DNA from: the human T2T-CHM13v2.0 reference genome, Homo sapiens
DNA: 64,000 bases
Direction: 5' to 3' (one strand)
Assembly (NCBI RefSeq): GCF_009914755.1
Contig: NC_060937.1
A program made the position numbers and the translations under genes. Positions 58,827-64,000 of this stretch are shown piece after piece. Within the stretch, counting starts at the first letter, position 1; every line of letters begins with the position of its first letter. Under the pieces are notes generated by a model. It saw only the letters and a program-made list of their open reading frames with translations, was not told the DNA's origin and ran no database searches.

Positions 58827-59151
58827 CGGTACTGTCCAATAGAAATTTAATGAGAATCACAAAAATGGGCTATACATGCAAGGTAAAAATTTCTAGAAGC
58901 CACATTAAACATTGAAAAAAAAAGGTGAAATTAGTTTTAATAATATATTTTATTTAATCCAATGTCAAATATTATCACTTTGACATATATATAGCAAAAA
59001 TATATTAATGATATCTTTGGCATTTTTTTGTACTAAGCCTTCAAAATCAAATGTGTATTTCATACTTACAGCAGATCTCTATTCAGACCAGCCACATTTC
59101 AGGAGCTTAAGAGCCACACCTGGCTATTGTCTACTGTACTGGACAGCACAG
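58827..59151 (+). mobile_element. MER33 hAT-Charlie DNA transposon
   Basis: ctgtccaatagaaat...gccacattaaa...ggtgaaattagttttaataatatattttatttaa...gccacatttcagg...ctggacagcacag, flanked by (ga/at)ctagaa. Confidence 0.85.
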
Positions 59152-62090
59152 ATCTAGAACCTGGAGTTTTTCACAGTGCTATTACCTATACATTATGTAT
59201 TTAGAGTTGAATATGTATATATTATAAACAAGTGAAAATGAATTGTTCCAATATTTAGCATTTTATTGTGATTTTGTTTCATATAAAGAGGAAGGAGCAG
59301 TTATATATTTCTAGGTAAGTTGGATTTAGGTAGCTTCTGTGAATGGCAAAATAGACAAAGGCTAAAGATTAAAAATATACTCACAAAATCTGAATGCTAA
59401 TAATGCAAGCCTACTGTTGCTACTGTCTATGTTTTGGCATCTGTTTATCCAGCCATCTAGGCATGGGGAGACTGGGTTACCGTTCAGAGACTCTTCTACT
59501 TTTGCTTACTAGTTCTGTACATGTTTTAGTAAATCCATGAAAATTAGGAGGATCTAACTTATTAAATCTAATTCTCCTTCCTTTCAAAATGAGAGTGACC
59601 TTTATGCTATTCTCCTATTCGTATTGGATCAGGACCTATGTGGGGGTTAGGTTCACAGTGTTGCCATTATTAGAAGCTGACGGACTGGCCTTTTTTTATT
59701 GTTCTATTCATAGCACAGCAGCATTATCTTGTACTAGATTGATGGTACCAAGCTTCATTATGAAATCTTAAACTATTTCTAAAATTTTAGTTTCATGTAT
59801 TTCTAGAAAATGAGTGAAAAAAAGAAATCTGGCATAAGTCATAGGCATTACCTTAAAGAGAGTACTCAGGCTAGTACACTACTGCCTCCTACTGTCAGTT
59901 TGAGGAAAGTGAGAGAGCCCTACTCATCCTTATTTCTATTTACAGGTTTACAGACAAGTGGCTTTCTTCCTTCAAAGGACAATTTTGTGCAGATAACCTA
60001 GGAAGAAATATTGATGTTCTCTGAATTTCCCTGAATTCTTCCCTTGCTTAGACTGCTAGATCTGTGAAAAAAAATCCAGCAAACACCGTGAGCATGGATC
60101 TTTTTCCATTCCGAAAAAGAAATTGGTTTTAAAGGTAATTCAGAAAACATCTGTTCGTTTAAATTCTATTTCACATTATTTTGTTGTTAAATTTTTCATT
60201 TTTCTCTTCTTCCCACTTTCCCTACAGGACCTCACATCACATCTCTAAGAAAAAGAAAGAGAAACAAAACTCTATATTATTTTTAAATCTTTTAGCAGCC
60301 TTCTCCTAAATAAAAATATTAACAAGTATGACATGAGTTAATATAGCAGGAAACATAACAATTCATTAAATACAGATAAATGTTTAAAAGCTGTAAGTTA
60401 TCTAAAATATGAAGGGAGTACATGACTACATGACAACTCAGGATAAATAGAAACTACTTATTTCTATAACTAGCATATTTGGATCAATGATTTGGGTGCT
60501 GGTTGTAGAGTCCTCTGCAATCAAACTGCAGTTTCAATTCTGATGGTTTTTGCCGAGTCAAAGAATATGAACCTTTATTTTAAAGATGAGATTTTTGATC
60601 AGCAAAATAAGTCAAGCAAAGAGGACCTTTCTCAGAAGCTGCTCCCTTTTAATGAGGAAAATAGTAAAAGGAATAGGTCAATGTCACTTCAGTTATTTTT
60701 TTGCAAATAAAACACCAAAGTTTGATTCCTATGAAACCCCAGGCTGCACTGAGGTCTCTGTAAAATTGGTTTCTGTAAACAACTCATTTTTAACACAGCA
60801 TTGGCAGAGCTTGTGCTTCCTGAGACTGTGGACACACCATCAGATTGGGCCACACAATCCCCCTCTTTCCCTTTACTGCTGTAGATTCTTGCCTCAGGCT
60901 TCTCTTGTCAGCAGGGACTGTTTCCTCAAAGACCTGCTTCCAGTCTGTCTTCTCGGGGCTTTGGGCTTTGGAGCACCTCCTGTCTCTATGGTAACACAAA
61001 ACACAAAGACTAGAAATGTACCATACAGAGGGCAGAAAAGAAAGAAATTAGAGTATAGTACTCCTGGTAAGCTAAAGAAGGTTCTGACAGCAGGAAAATG
61101 GACAAGGAGGACAAGATACAGTAACTGTTAGTTGTTCCATTTCACATACATCCTCTTAAAAGAGCTATAAGTGTTAGCACAGAAGCCTTAAAGTATGTGG
61201 AACTTTATAATCCATGTGGTATTTGAAATTAAAAAAATATTGGAGACCCATATTGGCCATAAATACTTGGCAATTCATTAAGTTACTGAGAGAAATAAGA
61301 ATTCTCGGTGGAGACACAATGCACAAAAAGAATAAATTACATCAAGTATTACGGTATGGTTTATGTTAAAGACAAAGAAAAATATGTTACTATCAAATGG
61401 CAGAATGTTCTCTTTTTTATTTTTCAACTCTAAATACAAATTTTCCTACTTTATTTCAATCTGGGGCATCATAGTAAATGTAGCATCTGTTAGTTCAGTG
61501 GTTCAAAATAATCAGAAGGTTTATGTCCTCAAACTGTTGGTCAGTTCCATTTGGTTTCTTGGTCACAAGCAGCACCCTGAACTCAGAAGTGTTGTCTCAA
61601 AAACATGGTGGAGTATATGAGGAAGAGTAATGCTGTCAATTTAAACCCCAAAATATTTAAGAAACACACACACCTACACATTAGGAAAGATATATTATTC
61701 ATATAGATATCTAATAAAAACATACATTGTCATACATATGTATCCTATCAGGATTTTAAAAATATTTCATGCAAGCCTATGACGTGTTGTTGAATATCAG
61801 TGTTGAGAGCTTGTTATGAACTTTAGAATGCCTATTAAAAAAATGCTGTAGAGATTGCTTGGCTGCTGGGCCTCAGGGCAGAATCTGCTGACACATTGCA
61901 AGCATTTAAACTCATAGATTAACGAAGTTGGTTCTGACCTCTGTTCCTTGAGGTAGTTAGTACCCCAACAATTAGACCAGCAGAACTTCAGGGATGCTAA
62001 TCATACACTTACTTGCAGAACCCTGTTATTAGGATCTAAGAAGACTTCTTTCCTTAGTCTTTTTTTTTTTTTTAACTCAATCAATGAAAA

Positions 62091-62123
62091 TGCAGCTATA
62101 AGCTATAGCCACTAGAGGTCAGA
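62091..62123 (+). promoter_or_regulatory. Candidate CTCF site (core plus upstream module)
   Basis: Core GCCACTAGAGGTCAG (62108-62122), with TGCAG 18 nt upstream of the core CC, matching the spacing of the known upstream module. Confidence 0.55.
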
Positions 62124-62680
62124 CGGCTACACCTGTCACCAATCATTAAATTTGATGGGGCATTATAGTTCCCTGAATAACTTTTGGTGACTTAAAAAAT
62201 ATAGAACAGAGTACACTCATTTACAACTATTATGGTAAAATAATAATATGTTTATTAATTAATTATTCTATTTCTAAAGGTCTTAGATTTTGCAATGGTA
62301 CTACTTTTCTCTATTGGCTTTCATTTTATTTGGAAGGGGAAGGAAAACATTGCAATAATGGAATCTAGAAACCTTTGCAATTGATGGAATCTCATGATAC
62401 GAAAAGACCGCTGTCTGGAGTAGAACACGGAAGCAATGTGTTCTGTAGTTTTACCAAACACATTTGGTAATGCAACTCTTACGAACCTTCCGATCTGAAT
62501 CATTTTATTTATCTAATCTAATCTCTTGCCTTTTTTCTCCTGGTATATACAAATCTTATTGTACCTAGTTATAGCTTTACTTATTAAAGATTATTATAAT
62601 GGGAGGTGTTACTCCTTGTCTTTCCAATGAGGTTTATTATGTGGCATATCACACATACTTTGTTAAAAAAACAACAAAAT

Positions 62681-62996
<316 letters not shown>

Positions 62997-63159
62997 TCAA
63001 CTATAACACAATCCACAAATAAGGAACTCAAATTTAGTTATAACAAAATTATGTTCACTTTCTCACCAACTTATTAATAAAATAACTGTTTTAAGTGTTT
63101 TTTTTTTCCATTTCAGGCTATATTTTACAAGACTCATTATAAAAACAATACTAGTATGT

Positions 63160-63380
63160 TAGAGCACTTACTAAGTGCCAGGTTTGCACAAAGTGCTTTA
63201 CAAAAATCATCATGTAGCCTAAGAAAGTATAATTTTTATACTCTCTAATTCACAATGAGGAAGGAGGCTTTGTGGGATTAAGAAACCTGTTCTAATTAAG
63301 AGGCAAGTTAGGGTGGAGCTCTGATGCAAGCTCAAGTAATCCAATTCAGCTCCTGGCTCCAAACTATAGCACTTTAATAA
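63160..63380 (-). mobile_element. MIR
   Basis: gagcacttactaagtgccagg...aagtgctttaca...atgaggaa. Confidence 0.6.
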
Positions 63381-63829
63381 CATTTTTAAACTGTAAATGC
63401 TGTAAAAGAAGCAGGAAGTATTTCTATATCAGTACAATGAACCAAAAAGAAACTATGAGACACTTCATTTTTACTGATATTGCTTCTGACAAATATCCTA
63501 AAAATATAGTTAGCTCTCTAGTTAAAGAGAACCAGGAATGTTAATTTCCAGGTTTTCTGCTTATATGGTACAGAGTACTGTCCATACTTATCTTTGCTGT
63601 ATATCTACTGACAAGAGCAGCAAAATTTATGGCCCAGGTTCACTAGTACATTGGAAAATATTAGAAGCTAGTTATTTTGATGTTATTATACATAAATCCT
63701 CACATTTTAACAAATACTACCCAATTTGTACGAAGGGTCCAGAGTCATAAAATTATTTTTCAGTTGTTTTCTTTTTTAACAAAAATGAGCTAACCACAAA
63801 AATCTTGCTCTATTATTTATTTAATAATC

Positions 63830-63979
63830 ATTTATTGACAGGGTCTTGTCTGTCGCCCAGGCTGGGGTGCAGTGGCACCATTATAGCTCACTGTAGCCTC
63901 AAAATCCTGGGCTCAAGTGATCCTCCCCCTTCACCCTCCTGAGTAGCTGGGATTACAGGTGTGAGCCTCCATGCCTGGC
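63830..63979 (-). mobile_element. Alu monomer (FRAM/AluJ-like)
   Basis: Single reverse monomer gacagggtcttg...gcctggc. Confidence 0.8.
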
Positions 63980-64000
63980 TTCAATCTATTTTAAAGGTTA

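Noticed and set aside
60586-61131. 181-aa plus-strand ORF, the longest in the window
   Set aside because: No recognisable domain or promoter context and random composition. It is antisense to DIAPH3 and overlaps the minus-strand candidate exon.
62422-62444. AGAACA...TGTTCT resembling a steroid response element
   Set aside because: The spacer is 11 nt rather than the required 3.

Overview
AT-rich, repeat-dense primate (most likely human) genomic DNA containing the 3' end of the formin gene DIAPH3 (mDia2/DRF3; in human this gene lies at 13q21) on the minus strand. The canonical terminal exon begins at 48341 after a TAG acceptor. It encodes (G|)ENQKVQLTEGSRSHY...NESVPEVEALLARLRAL* (stop 48081-48079), whose C-terminus is the known CRM1 nuclear export signal. 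A ~1 kb 3'UTR ends just past AATAAA (47110-47105). Positions 48342-64000 are the 3' part of the last intron, and 1-47000 is downstream intergenic DNA. The rest is mostly transposable elements: an old 3'-truncated L1, many Alus, a full-length THE1A provirus with TSD, other MaLR/ERV LTRs, Tigger2a, MER44, MER58A, MER33, L2 and MIR. No other ORF in the track looks like a real gene. The most interesting observation is an inference that has not been checked against any database. Several minus-strand, phase-1-compatible candidate alternative terminal exons flank the NES-encoding exon: 60985 (30-aa basic tail), 49553 (AAKR* with a strong poly(A) site, bracketed by an old ~270 bp duplication) and 46543 (105-codon frame behind a single in-frame TAG). 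Together they suggest a possible C-terminal tail switch that controls whether DIAPH3 carries its NES. Repeat subfamily names were assigned by eye from remembered consensus sequences.
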